DNA of 64,000 nucleotides from Bacillota bacterium. GTDB lineage: Bacteria > Bacillota > Clostridia > Acetivibrionales > JANLFN01. Location: positions 14,984 to 78,983 of the forward strand of contig JAEWTV010000082.1 of assembly GCA_023397675.1 (NCBI GenBank). Reading direction: 5' to 3'. This document shows, piece by piece, positions 9,243 to 18,791 of this stretch (the first letter of the stretch is position 1; every line of letters begins with the position of its first letter). A program made the translations under genes and the position numbers. The notes below the pieces were generated by a model. That model saw only the letters and a list, made by a program, of their open reading frames with translations. It was not told the origin of the DNA and made no database searches.

Positions 9243-10358
9243 TTAGTTTTCTAATGATGCATTACTTTTTTCCCCGGATTTCTTACCTTTTTTAGTCTTT
9301 ACTTCTGCTGCTATCCAAATTATTATGGGCAATATCACTTGCATTGGAAATGCGTAATAAGGATAAACCTTAAATGCCCAGAACTTCATTTCCATAATGT
9401 TATCATAAATTATGTAGGATAAAAAAAACATCAATAATCCTGTTTGTATTACAATAGACCTATAATCCTTCAGATTGAATATTTTTCCTATTCCTTTACA
9501 TGTGACCAATAAACATACCGAGACTTTTATAAAAGTAGTAAAGACGTAAACGATAGATACAGTCACTTCGATCCTCTGAATAAAATCACCTACTGTTATC
9601 CTGCTAACAGCTTCATAAGATGGGATATAGAAACTGCCAAGCATATTGCCCAATACTGAAATATTTCTAATTGTAAAAGTAATTATAATAGCAGCTGGGA
9701 TTAAAATTCCCCATAAATAAACTGTTCTGGGTGATTTTTTAGTTTTTAAAGATGAGAAAATGCCAATAAATAACACTGTTTCAGCAAACGGAAAAGAAAA
9801 GGCAGCAAACCCACCTTTCAATACTGGTGCAATGCCATTCCCTAAAACCGGCTTTATGTAGTTCATATGATATTGTGATAACCCAAGTATTAATACTGAT
9901 CCCAAAATGAAAAAAACAATAGGTACAAAATATGTAGTGAATCTTCCCAGCACCTCTATCCCCAATCTTACCCCGATAATACATATTAATGCAAGGCAAA
10001 ACATAGGCGCATACATAGGTGTTTCAGGAATAGCCACAATATTGATAAATTCTCCAAAGTTACGAATAACCAGTGCTCCCAAATGAAAGGCATACCATAC
10101 ATATATGATAGATATAATTTTACCAAATAATTTCCCGAAGATTATTTCAAGAATATCAAACAAATGCTTCCCATGAAAAAGCATTAATATTCTTGAGTAA
10201 ATAAGAAGCATTGGAATAAACATTATAACGCTTAATATCCCGGAAATCCATGCATCATTTTTAGCATCACCGCCAATTCCGATAATCAGTGTGCTTCCAA
10301 TTACAAATGAGATTAAAATACATATTGCTTCTTTATTTGAAATTTGCTCTTTTTGCAT
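9243..10358 (-). CDS. spore germination protein, GerAB/GerXB-type permease subunit
   Basis: About 10 TM helices and an N-terminus MQKEQISNKEAICILISFVIGS typical of B subunits. The start was moved to the internal ATG at 10358 because the longer ORF overlaps the upstream D gene. Confidence 0.85.
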   Translation of the reverse strand: MQKEQISNKEAICILISFVIGSTLIIGIGGDAKNDAWISGILSVIMFIPMLLIYSRILMLFHGKHLFDILEIIFGKLFGKIISIIYVWYAFHLGALVIRNFGEFINIVAIPETPMYAPMFCLALICIIGVRLGIEVLGRFTTYFVPIVFFILGSVLILGLSQYHMNYIKPVLGNGIAPVLKGGFAAFSFPFAETVLFIGIFSSLKTKKSPRTVYLWGILIPAAIIITFTIRNISVLGNMLGSFYIPSYEAVSRITVGDFIQRIEVTVSIVYVFTTFIKVSVCLLVTCKGIGKIFNLKDYRSIVIQTGLLMFFLSYIIYDNIMEMKFWAFKVYPYYAFPMQVILPIIIWIAAEVKTKKGKKSGEKSNASLEN

Positions 10359-10372
10359 TATTAACCTGCCTT

Positions 10373-10582
10373 CTACTTTCCGAATATCGAAATGATCAAA
10401 TACCGAATTGGTTTTACAGGGCTTGGTATCTTTATATTGAGGCATAATAACATAGCAATTGTAAATGAAAAAAATGCAAGTATCGCATTAACCCAAAAAT
10501 CGCGCCAAAGCTTTTGCTTGTATAATGGTATGAACTCATAAATTGCTAAAAATGAGTATCCTATGATTGCTAAAATAAACAT
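10373..10582 (-). CDS. small 2-TM protein, germinant-receptor D-subunit-like
   Basis: 69 aa. It has paralogues at 16251-16490 and 50153-50371 in the same operon context, sharing the motif IKIPSP / VRIPSP / VKLSNP. Confidence 0.6.
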   Translation of the reverse strand: MFILAIIGYSFLAIYEFIPLYKQKLWRDFWVNAILAFFSFTIAMLLCLNIKIPSPVKPIRYLIISIFGK

Positions 10583-10584
10583 TG

Positions 10585-11736
10585 TTAATAATCACTCTCT
10601 TCAAGAGGCTTTGACAATACGGCACTGTTTTTTATATGAACCTTTGTTTTAACATTTACCGGTAAGTCTTTAAAGATTTGTTCCCAATTACTGCTCACCT
10701 TTTTCCAAACATTTGATTTATCTTCATGAAGCTTTGATGAAAATTCAAATATATCCGCATCATATTCAGACTGTACTTTTTTAATTAATGTCTCGATATG
10801 CTCCTTTAATTTTTTTTCTGTACTTTGTTCAAGTTTTTTACGTTCTTCTTCTTCAATGACGTTTTCTGAGCCTTCTATTTCACCAATTGCAACTGTTGTT
10901 TCTATATTCAGGTTAAACTTAATACCGGTAACATCTATTACAGGTGTAACTGTTGTTTTACTATAGAATATCTCAAGAGAAATGGGTGTTGAATTCTCTT
11001 GTGTTATTCCGACAAGTATCCCGCCTTTGATATCATTTCTGATGAAATTTAAAGCTTTCGTTTCTTCATCATTTAGAAATCCTGCCAGTTTATCATCTTT
11101 TATAATTGCGGCTCCAATTATTTGGGGCACCATTTTTTTATCAGATTTCTTAAGATTTATAGCAGGAATTACAGTTGACATCCCATCTGTTTGTATTTCA
11201 ATACTATACTTTAAAACATCTGTTAAAGGTGCTTTACTGAAGCTATCCTGATTTTTTATAGTTTCATCCAATTTAAAAGATTTAATATCCTCAGTAATCC
11301 CCTCACCTTCAAACATTTCCCTGGCAGATTCACCATTGGATATCAGAATGTTTACATCTTCTCTTGACTCAGCGTCACGAATATACCAATCAAGAATTTT
11401 CTTTAAACCTTCACTGGCAATATCTTTACTTAAAATGATAACTTTTGAATGACTCCAGTAGAGTCTTTTTCCGGTTAAGGATACGCCGTTTCTAACAGCA
11501 TCAAATACGGTTTTTCCTTTCATAGAAATTGGTTTTGATAATGTTTTACTATCTTTTCCTCCGCTAATTTGCACAATTTCAGCAGTTACAAGGTATTGTC
11601 CGTCTGTATCCTTATCTATTGCAACACCGGCAACAATTGCTAATTTATCAATTTCCTTGTAATTCCAACAGCCTGTGAGCATTGATTGAATTGCAGCAAT
11701 TATAATTAAAAGAAGAAAAATTTTTGTCCTTTTCAT
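10585..11736 (-). CDS. spore germination lipoprotein, GerAC/GerXC-type
   Basis: Lipobox LTGC followed by WNYKEID, the typical GerC start. AAGGAGA RBS. Confidence 0.85.
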   Translation of the reverse strand: MKRTKIFLLLIIIAAIQSMLTGCWNYKEIDKLAIVAGVAIDKDTDGQYLVTAEIVQISGGKDSKTLSKPISMKGKTVFDAVRNGVSLTGKRLYWSHSKVIILSKDIASEGLKKILDWYIRDAESREDVNILISNGESAREMFEGEGITEDIKSFKLDETIKNQDSFSKAPLTDVLKYSIEIQTDGMSTVIPAINLKKSDKKMVPQIIGAAIIKDDKLAGFLNDEETKALNFIRNDIKGGILVGITQENSTPISLEIFYSKTTVTPVIDVTGIKFNLNIETTVAIGEIEGSENVIEEEERKKLEQSTEKKLKEHIETLIKKVQSEYDADIFEFSSKLHEDKSNVWKKVSSNWEQIFKDLPVNVKTKVHIKNSAVLSKPLEESDY

Positions 11737-11741
11737 ATATG

Positions 11742-13316
11742 CTATTTCTCCTTGCTTTTTTTTGATGACTGTCTGACAAGGTTTTTGGCTGCAACAATTT
11801 TAGGCCTTAAGGTCATAGTCCACCATGGTGCACGAATCCACGCATCCTGTCCGTCATGGTCTTTAGCCCTGGTAACATTCATCATGTAAGGTACTCCGAA
11901 TGACCGGATACTCATTAAATGAAGATACATAATAAAAAAGGTTATCAAAAATCCATAGATACCCATAAATGCTGCACCAAATAAAAAAAATGTCCTAAAA
12001 ATGATGGTTGCGGTTATAAAATTCATGTTAATCAATGTAGTAATTCCTGTTATAGCAGTTACTATTATTACAGGAGCACTTACCAGTCTTGCTTCTACAG
12101 CAGCTTGTCCCAAAACAAGCGTACCGACAATGTTTACTGCTTGGCCTATAGGAGATGGCATTCTGGTACCTGCCTCGCGCAAAATATCAAATATAAAAAG
12201 CATCAAAATAAGTGAAAGTACTGTCGGAAAAGGAACACCTTGTCTGGAAGCAGAGATACTCAATAGCAAGGGTGTAGGCAACATTTCCTGATGGTAAGCG
12301 ACAATTGACAGGAATATTGCAGGAATAGCAACGGAGGTTACTGCAGTAAAACCCCTTATAGCACGATTAATTGAACCAAAAATAAAACTGTTATAGTAGT
12401 CTTCATTTGCTTGAAAATTCTCGACAACCAGATATGGAACTGTTAATACAAAGGGACTTCCGTCAACAAATAATGCTATTCTGCCTTCCAGAAGCTTTGC
12501 TGCGATAACATCAGGGCGTTCACTTGAACCAACCGTTTCAAACGGAGAAAAAGGTGCATCTCTTATAAGCTCCTGAATGTATCCTGAATCAATTATGCCG
12601 TCGATATCTATTTCATTCAGACGTTTCTCCAATTCATTCATTACATCCTTTAAAACCAAGCCTTCAATATAACAAATACATGTTTTTGTATTTGTCCTCT
12701 CCCCAATCTCCTTAAATTTAAACTTTAAGTCAGGATTTTTTATTTTACGACGAACCAATGACAGATTCATTATGATTGATTCAGTAAAGCCTTCCCTTGG
12801 ACCACGCACAACCCTTGTAGACTCCGGTTCAGTAATTGACCTTGTCTGCCAACCCTTGGAACTGATAACCAATGCTTTATCGTAACCTTCAAGTAAGAAA
12901 AGAGTATCCCCATAAATAACGGAACTTACTATATTATTGATGTTAGACTCAACTGATACATTATTGGAAACAATAACTTTTTTCCTTAACTCATCCAATA
13001 AATTACCGGTATCGATTTCCTTTGTCAAGTCACTGCGAAGAATGGGCTGTATAATGTTTTCATTAATAATTTCTGTATTTACCATTCCTTCAACGTATAT
13101 AATACAGCAATCAGCAGCTTTTAAACTCTTATTCTGAAATTCTCTTGTGATTAATGTTTCATCATTACTGAAAATGTTTTTAAACAGAGAAATATTTTCA
13201 GTTAGTGAGTTAACCAAAGCTTTTTTATCATTTTTTTTATTGTCATTTTTATTATCTTTATTTGTTGCATTATTGATTTCTTTAGTTGATTTATTTTCAG
13301 TTTTTTTCTTTTGCAT
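11742..13316 (-). CDS. spore germination protein, GerAA/GerXA-type
   Basis: Motifs VRGPREGFTES, SERPD and EDYY with C-terminal TM helices. The start was placed at the ATG at 13316 (GGGTGA RBS) rather than the ORF-track start at 13373. Confidence 0.9.
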   Translation of the reverse strand: MQKKKTENKSTKEINNATNKDNKNDNKKNDKKALVNSLTENISLFKNIFSNDETLITREFQNKSLKAADCCIIYVEGMVNTEIINENIIQPILRSDLTKEIDTGNLLDELRKKVIVSNNVSVESNINNIVSSVIYGDTLFLLEGYDKALVISSKGWQTRSITEPESTRVVRGPREGFTESIIMNLSLVRRKIKNPDLKFKFKEIGERTNTKTCICYIEGLVLKDVMNELEKRLNEIDIDGIIDSGYIQELIRDAPFSPFETVGSSERPDVIAAKLLEGRIALFVDGSPFVLTVPYLVVENFQANEDYYNSFIFGSINRAIRGFTAVTSVAIPAIFLSIVAYHQEMLPTPLLLSISASRQGVPFPTVLSLILMLFIFDILREAGTRMPSPIGQAVNIVGTLVLGQAAVEARLVSAPVIIVTAITGITTLINMNFITATIIFRTFFLFGAAFMGIYGFLITFFIMYLHLMSIRSFGVPYMMNVTRAKDHDGQDAWIRAPWWTMTLRPKIVAAKNLVRQSSKKSKEK

Positions 13317-13408
13317 ATAATCACCCTGATTTATTATTACCAAATCATCTATTAATACACAGGTTAGAACCAATGGAAAAGTAGAAAAAACAGGTCGATA
13401 TAATCCAT

Positions 13409-13440
13409 TGAATAAATTCTTTTATTCTTTAAACACTATT
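13409..13440 (+). promoter_or_regulatory. candidate forespore (sigma-G-like) promoter and palindrome in the divergent ger intergenic region
   Basis: GAATAA-N18-CACTATTA resembles GAATA-N17/18-CATACTA. GAATAAA-TTCT-TTTATTC is a 7-bp palindrome, so a GAATAA box occurs on both strands. Confidence 0.25.
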
Positions 13441-13484
13441 ATTAATTCATAAAATTAAGGTATTAATGGATGGAGCATATTTAA

Positions 13485-15062
13485 ATGAAGCACTTAACGA
13501 ATAAGAGCAGTAATATAACTGCGCAAAATGATGCTAATACTGAAAATACCACTATAAACAAGAATATGCTTCAAAATATAGATAAAATAAAAAATGAATT
13601 TGGTAATTCCACCGATCTTTTGATTAACATTTCCAAATTTAAAAACTTTCAGTACGCAAGCATATATATAGACAATATTATTGATAAAAATATTACAAAC
13701 AGCTTATCAATGGAAATATCAGAAATGCTGGAAGCAAAGGTCAAGAAAGAAGAACCTACACCGGAAGACTATTTTAATCAATTCTCCTCCTTTCTTACAG
13801 CCTTCAGAAAAGCTGAAGAAGGCTCGGATTTAAATAATTTATGTACTGATTTGTTAAGTGGAAAAACAATTCTTTTATTAGAAAGCTGCGATAAATACCT
13901 GTCTATAAAGTCTTTTTCAGTAGAAGGACGTTCTGTCGAAGAGCCTACAACTCAAAGTATAATCAGGGGACCAAAGGAAGGTTTTATTGAAAAAGTAGAT
14001 ACAAATATCGCACTAATCAGAAAAAGAATCAGGAATAAGGCATTAAGGGTTGAAAATCTGCTTTCAGGTAGCACAACAAATACGAAAATTGCTCTTATAT
14101 ATATCGATGGCATTGCCAGGAAAGACATTGTTGACGAAATCAGAAACAGGATAGAGAAAATAAAAATCGATGGAATTTTAGACAGTGGTTATATTGAAGA
14201 ATTAATCAAAGATGATAGGTATTCAATTTTCCCAGAATTCTTGAATTCCGAAAGACCCGATACTATAACTTCAGAACTTCTCGAAGGCAAAGTTGCAATT
14301 TTGGTTGACGGCACTTCGTATGTATTGGCTGCCCCTGCCCTATTTGTTGAATTTCTTCAGGCAAGCGAGGATTATTATCACCATTTTATAGTTTCATCAA
14401 TCGTCCGTATAATCAGATATGCAGCACTTTTTCTTACACTATTTGTTCCGGCGGGTTATGTTGCATTAATTACATTTCATCAGGAGATGATTCCTACACC
14501 ATTGCTGATAAGTATAGCTGCACAGCGTGAAGGGGTTCCCTTCCCTGCTTTTGTGGAAGCGATGCTGATGGAGGGTGTATTTGAAATATTAAGAGAAGCC
14601 GGTGTAAGAATGCCCCGGGTTATTGGCCCTGCAATATCAATTGTCGGAGCTTTGGTTTTAGGTCAGGCTGCCGTAGAGGCCGGTATAATATCTGCAGTTA
14701 TGGTAATTATAGTCTCAATCACTGCTATTTCAAGTTTTGCCATCCCCAATTATTCCATGTCCAACGCTATTAGGATGATCAGATTTGCTTTTTTGATTCT
14801 GGCAGGTATATTCGGTCTTTATGGAATTTTTATGGGATTTATTGCGCTGCTTCTCCATTTGTGTAAATTAAAATCAATCGGGGTTCCATATATGACGCCT
14901 GTTGCACCCAAAGCAAAATACGCAACAAAGGATACTATTATCAGGTACCCTTTATGGAAGAATAGAACTAGGCCTGCTGAAATAAGCTACTCAGACTCAC
15001 CCAGAGCAAGTGGAGATAATCCTGTTAGCTCAAAACAAAAAGAAAAACCGGAATTCAGGTGA
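13485..15062 (+). CDS. spore germination protein, GerAA/GerXA-type
   Basis: Motifs IRGPKEGFIEK, SERPD and EDYY with C-terminal TM helices. Confidence 0.9.
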   Translation: MKHLTNKSSNITAQNDANTENTTINKNMLQNIDKIKNEFGNSTDLLINISKFKNFQYASIYIDNIIDKNITNSLSMEISEMLEAKVKKEEPTPEDYFNQFSSFLTAFRKAEEGSDLNNLCTDLLSGKTILLLESCDKYLSIKSFSVEGRSVEEPTTQSIIRGPKEGFIEKVDTNIALIRKRIRNKALRVENLLSGSTTNTKIALIYIDGIARKDIVDEIRNRIEKIKIDGILDSGYIEELIKDDRYSIFPEFLNSERPDTITSELLEGKVAILVDGTSYVLAAPALFVEFLQASEDYYHHFIVSSIVRIIRYAALFLTLFVPAGYVALITFHQEMIPTPLLISIAAQREGVPFPAFVEAMLMEGVFEILREAGVRMPRVIGPAISIVGALVLGQAAVEAGIISAVMVIIVSITAISSFAIPNYSMSNAIRMIRFAFLILAGIFGLYGIFMGFIALLLHLCKLKSIGVPYMTPVAPKAKYATKDTIIRYPLWKNRTRPAEISYSDSPRASGDNPVSSKQKEKPEFR

Positions 15063-15068
15063 TATGTA

Positions 15069-16247
15069 ATGAAAAAGTTATTATTAGTACTCACTATAAT
15101 GTCAAATATGCTTTTAAGTGGATGTATGTCGGGAACAGAAATAAATAAAATTGGAATAGCTGTATCGGTAGGAATTGATAAATCTGAAGATGGCTATTTA
15201 GTTACTTATCAAGTAATGAATCCAAAAGCGATTTCTGCAAAGTCTCCCAATGAGGCGCCTATTGTGTTATATACGGAAAAAGGAAAAGATCTGTTTCAGA
15301 TAAAGAGGAAGATTACAGAGCAAGCCCCTAGAAAGATGTACCATTCTCATTTACGAACTGTAATTTTTGGTGAAGAAATTTCAAAAGAAGGTATTAAAGA
15401 AATACTAGATTTTTTTGTTCGTGGACATGAATATCGAACTGATTTTTATTTTCTTATAGCAAAAGGAACGACTGCTAATAATATTTTAAAAGTTATAACG
15501 CCTTTGGAAAGTGTATCACAATTAGAAATATATGATTCACTTGAAACCTCTGAGAAAGTATGGGCACCAACAAAAAGCATTAAAATATATGAACTTGTAA
15601 ACAAGATTATTTCTGATGGAGATAACCCGGTGTTGACAGGCGTTCATATTCTTGAGCCCAATGACAAGTCGGATTCCAATGACAACCTGAAGCTAAGTAA
15701 TTCTGCAAAATTAAGTGTAACAAGCCTGGGTGTATTAAAAAAGGATAAGCTTGTTGGATGGCTGAAGGAAGATGAAGGCAGGGCTTACAGCTACATCATT
15801 GGAAATATTAATAGTACAAGTGGATATGTTGACTATGAACAAAACCGTATATCTGTTGAGGTTATTAAGTCAGAAACAAAAAGAAAAGCTTATATTTTAA
15901 ATGGTAAACCCGCCATAAATATTGATATTGATTGGACAGCTAATATTTCTGCAATCACAGGTGATTTAGACTTAACAGATGAAGATATTATAAAAAAAGT
16001 GAGCGATTTGGCACAAGAAAAGATAAAAATGCTTTGTAATAATGTAGTAAAAAGGGCTAAAGAAGATTTTAGGTCTGATATCTTCGGTTTTGGTGAAGTT
16101 ATACACAGAGCTTATCCAAAACTATGGAAGAATAGTAAGGATAATTGGGATAAAGGATTTGCGGAGCTTCCTGTAAATATTAATGTAAAAGCCAAGATAA
16201 ATAATCTGGGTTCCAGTACGAAATCTATTTTTATGAAAGGGGATTAA
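15069..16247 (+). CDS. spore germination lipoprotein, GerAC/GerXC-type
   Basis: Lipobox LLSGC, collinear with the other two GerC paralogues. AGGTGA RBS. Confidence 0.85.
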   Translation: MKKLLLVLTIMSNMLLSGCMSGTEINKIGIAVSVGIDKSEDGYLVTYQVMNPKAISAKSPNEAPIVLYTEKGKDLFQIKRKITEQAPRKMYHSHLRTVIFGEEISKEGIKEILDFFVRGHEYRTDFYFLIAKGTTANNILKVITPLESVSQLEIYDSLETSEKVWAPTKSIKIYELVNKIISDGDNPVLTGVHILEPNDKSDSNDNLKLSNSAKLSVTSLGVLKKDKLVGWLKEDEGRAYSYIIGNINSTSGYVDYEQNRISVEVIKSETKRKAYILNGKPAINIDIDWTANISAITGDLDLTDEDIIKKVSDLAQEKIKMLCNNVVKRAKEDFRSDIFGFGEVIHRAYPKLWKNSKDNWDKGFAELPVNINVKAKINNLGSSTKSIFMKGD

Positions 16248-16250
16248 AAA

Positions 16251-16490
16251 GTGAATATTGTAGCTATCCTTGCTGTATTAACTTTTGCTGTAATATTATC
16301 TTTCATAGAAGTACCCAAAATGCTTAAAAACAAATCCTACAAAGAGTTCTGGAGCTTTTCAATTTTACTCATTATTGGTGTTATCTTGGCGATTCTAAAA
16401 AGCCTGGGTGTGAAATTGTCAAATCCATCTGATTGGGTGGCATGGGTATTTTCACCGTTGTCGGACTTGATTAAGCCTATTTTGAAATAG
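16251..16490 (+). CDS. small 2-TM protein, germinant-receptor D-subunit-like
   Basis: 79 aa with a GTG start after AAAGGGGA. Paralogue of 10373-10582 and 50153-50371. Confidence 0.6.
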   Translation: MNIVAILAVLTFAVILSFIEVPKMLKNKSYKEFWSFSILLIIGVILAILKSLGVKLSNPSDWVAWVFSPLSDLIKPILK

Positions 16491-16509
16491 AGATGAAAGG
16501 AAATTTGGA

Positions 16510-17628
16510 ATGAATAAAATCACAATATCAAGCCGCCAATTTGGGCTTTTAGTATCAGGCTTTATGTTTGGCTCTGCCCCACTTTTAATTTCATCCAGTG
16601 TTGCAGCTTTGGCTGGACCCGATTCATGGATCTCAATAATTATTGCTAGTGTTATAGGATTATTCATTGTTTGGATTCATTCTTATCTTGGTAAATTATA
16701 TCCTGATAAAACACTTATAGAGGTTATCCAGTTTGTACTGGGTAAATGGCTGGGCAGTTTTTTTTCTGTTAGCTTAATCTTAATATCCTTCATTACGGGT
16801 ATCCAGGTTATATGGTATGTAGGGGATTTTTTTACAACAATGTTTATGACAGACGCGTCGAATTACTATATAAATTTATTATTTATAGTTGTAATAGCAA
16901 TTGCACTGCTATATGGTTTGGAAGCAATGTTCAGGACAACTGAAATTGTCTTTTTGATAGGCTTCCCGCTTATGATAATATCTCTGATTATGCTTACACC
17001 TGAAATTAAATTAGATAACTTGCTGCCAATTATGGAAAAAGGGATAGGCCCTGCAATTAAAGGCGCAGTTCCAATTTTGAGCTTTGCTATCCTGCCGCTG
17101 ATAGCATTAAATATGATTTTCCCTACTAATACAGGGAATTTGAAAAAAGCCAAAAAAGCGATGTTTAGTGGTTATTTTTTAGGGATTATCACATTTTCTT
17201 TTGCAATTATGTTTTGTATTCTGGTCTTAGGAAGTACTGTTACTGCAAATTTACGTTTCCCGCTATTCACGGTAACAAAGGAAATCAATATAGGTACTAT
17301 ATTTTCAAGAGTTGAAGCTTTGATTGTATTTGTCTGGATTAGTACAAATTTTATTTCTACATTTGGATTTTTATATGTAAGTGTTAAAGGACTTTCTCAA
17401 TTATTAAAGCTTAAGGATTATAAAACATTGGTTCTGCCTCTTTGTTTAATTGCTGCTGTTTATTCTGGATTTATATATAAGAATGTTCCGTATGAAATCA
17501 AGTGGGATAGCTTGGTATGGACTCCTGTTTCGTTTACTTTCGGTCTTTTTGTACCTCTATTGCTGCTGGCTGTTTCATTTATAAGAAAAAAGTCTGGTAA
17601 ACAGAAGCAAAAAGGTTGTAAAAGATAA
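16510..17628 (+). CDS. spore germination protein, GerAB/GerXB-type permease subunit (copy 1)
   Basis: Multi-TM protein. Shares VIWYVGDFFTT and YYINxLFIVVxAIALLYGLEA with the next gene. Confidence 0.85.
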   Translation: MNKITISSRQFGLLVSGFMFGSAPLLISSSVAALAGPDSWISIIIASVIGLFIVWIHSYLGKLYPDKTLIEVIQFVLGKWLGSFFSVSLILISFITGIQVIWYVGDFFTTMFMTDASNYYINLLFIVVIAIALLYGLEAMFRTTEIVFLIGFPLMIISLIMLTPEIKLDNLLPIMEKGIGPAIKGAVPILSFAILPLIALNMIFPTNTGNLKKAKKAMFSGYFLGIITFSFAIMFCILVLGSTVTANLRFPLFTVTKEINIGTIFSRVEALIVFVWISTNFISTFGFLYVSVKGLSQLLKLKDYKTLVLPLCLIAAVYSGFIYKNVPYEIKWDSLVWTPVSFTFGLFVPLLLLAVSFIRKKSGKQKQKGCKR

Positions 17629-17678
17629 ACTCTAATGTACTTTGGATGAAGGAATATTGGAAGGATGAGTTTCCTTAA

Positions 17679-18782
17679 GTGAATAAAATTATAATATCAA
17701 ACTATCAATTATTACTTTTAACATCAGCATTTGTCGCTGGTGCTTCACCATTTATAGTTCCAACCATGGTTGCATCTGTTGCAGGAAAAGATGCATGGCT
17801 TTCTGTAATTATTGCAGCTATAGTAGGATTGTTGGTTGTTTGGACAAATATTTATTTAGCACAATTGCATCCTGGAAAAACTTTTGTTGAGTTTACGCAA
17901 CAAATACTTGGCAAATGGATTGGCGGCTTTGTATCTGTAATATTAATTATGATAGAACTTTTGGCAGGTACTGATGTTATATGGTATGTTGGTGATTTTT
18001 TTACAACAGTGTATATGCCCGGAATTTCAAGGTATTACATAAATATTTTATTTATAGTTGTTTTAGCGATTGCTCTTTTATATGGTCTGGAAGCTGTAGC
18101 AAGAGCCAGAGAGGTATTATTTGTTTTAATTTTTACACTTTTTATTCTTACTTTTTTATTGCTTACACCTGAGTTTAAAATTGATAATTTATTTCCGATT
18201 ATGGAAAAAGGAGCAGTTCCTGTACTTGCGGGTATGTTTCCGCTGCTGAATAATGCTGTCTTCCCCATTATATGTTTTACTATGATTTTTACAGCAAATA
18301 TTAAAGATATAAAGTCGGCAAAAAAATCAATATTCAAAGGCTATCTTTTGGGTATGTTTGAGTTGTTTACCGGTATGTTATTATGTGTACTAGTTTTAGG
18401 AGGTACTCTAGCCGGAGAAATGAGATATTCATCTTTCTCAATAACAAAGGAAATTGATGTTGGTGTAATATTTTCTCGTCTTGAAGCCTTAATAGTAATT
18501 GTCTGGCTGGTTATAAGTTTTTATGCTGCACTTATATATATTTATGCAGGTGTTCTAGGGCTTTCCCAGGTTTTAAAACTTAAAGATTATAAAAAAATCG
18601 TTATTCCGGTTTTATTAATTGTGGCCGTTTATTCAGGGATTGTGTATAAGGATGTTTCTTATCAACTCAACTGGGATAAAGTAGTAAGAACTCCTGCTGC
18701 TATTGTTTTCGGGTTTATTTTGCCTGTGATGCTACTGGTTGTTTCCTTAATAAGAAAAAAGTCTGCTAAGAAGAATAAATGA
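17679..18782 (+). CDS. spore germination protein, GerAB/GerXB-type permease subunit (tandem paralogue)
   Basis: Collinear with 16510-17628 over its full length. The GTG start gives an MNKIIIS N-terminus that parallels MNKITIS. Confidence 0.8.
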   Translation: MNKIIISNYQLLLLTSAFVAGASPFIVPTMVASVAGKDAWLSVIIAAIVGLLVVWTNIYLAQLHPGKTFVEFTQQILGKWIGGFVSVILIMIELLAGTDVIWYVGDFFTTVYMPGISRYYINILFIVVLAIALLYGLEAVARAREVLFVLIFTLFILTFLLLTPEFKIDNLFPIMEKGAVPVLAGMFPLLNNAVFPIICFTMIFTANIKDIKSAKKSIFKGYLLGMFELFTGMLLCVLVLGGTLAGEMRYSSFSITKEIDVGVIFSRLEALIVIVWLVISFYAALIYIYAGVLGLSQVLKLKDYKKIVIPVLLIVAVYSGIVYKDVSYQLNWDKVVRTPAAIVFGFILPVMLLVVSLIRKKSAKKNK

Positions 18783-18791
18783 TTTCCGTGA

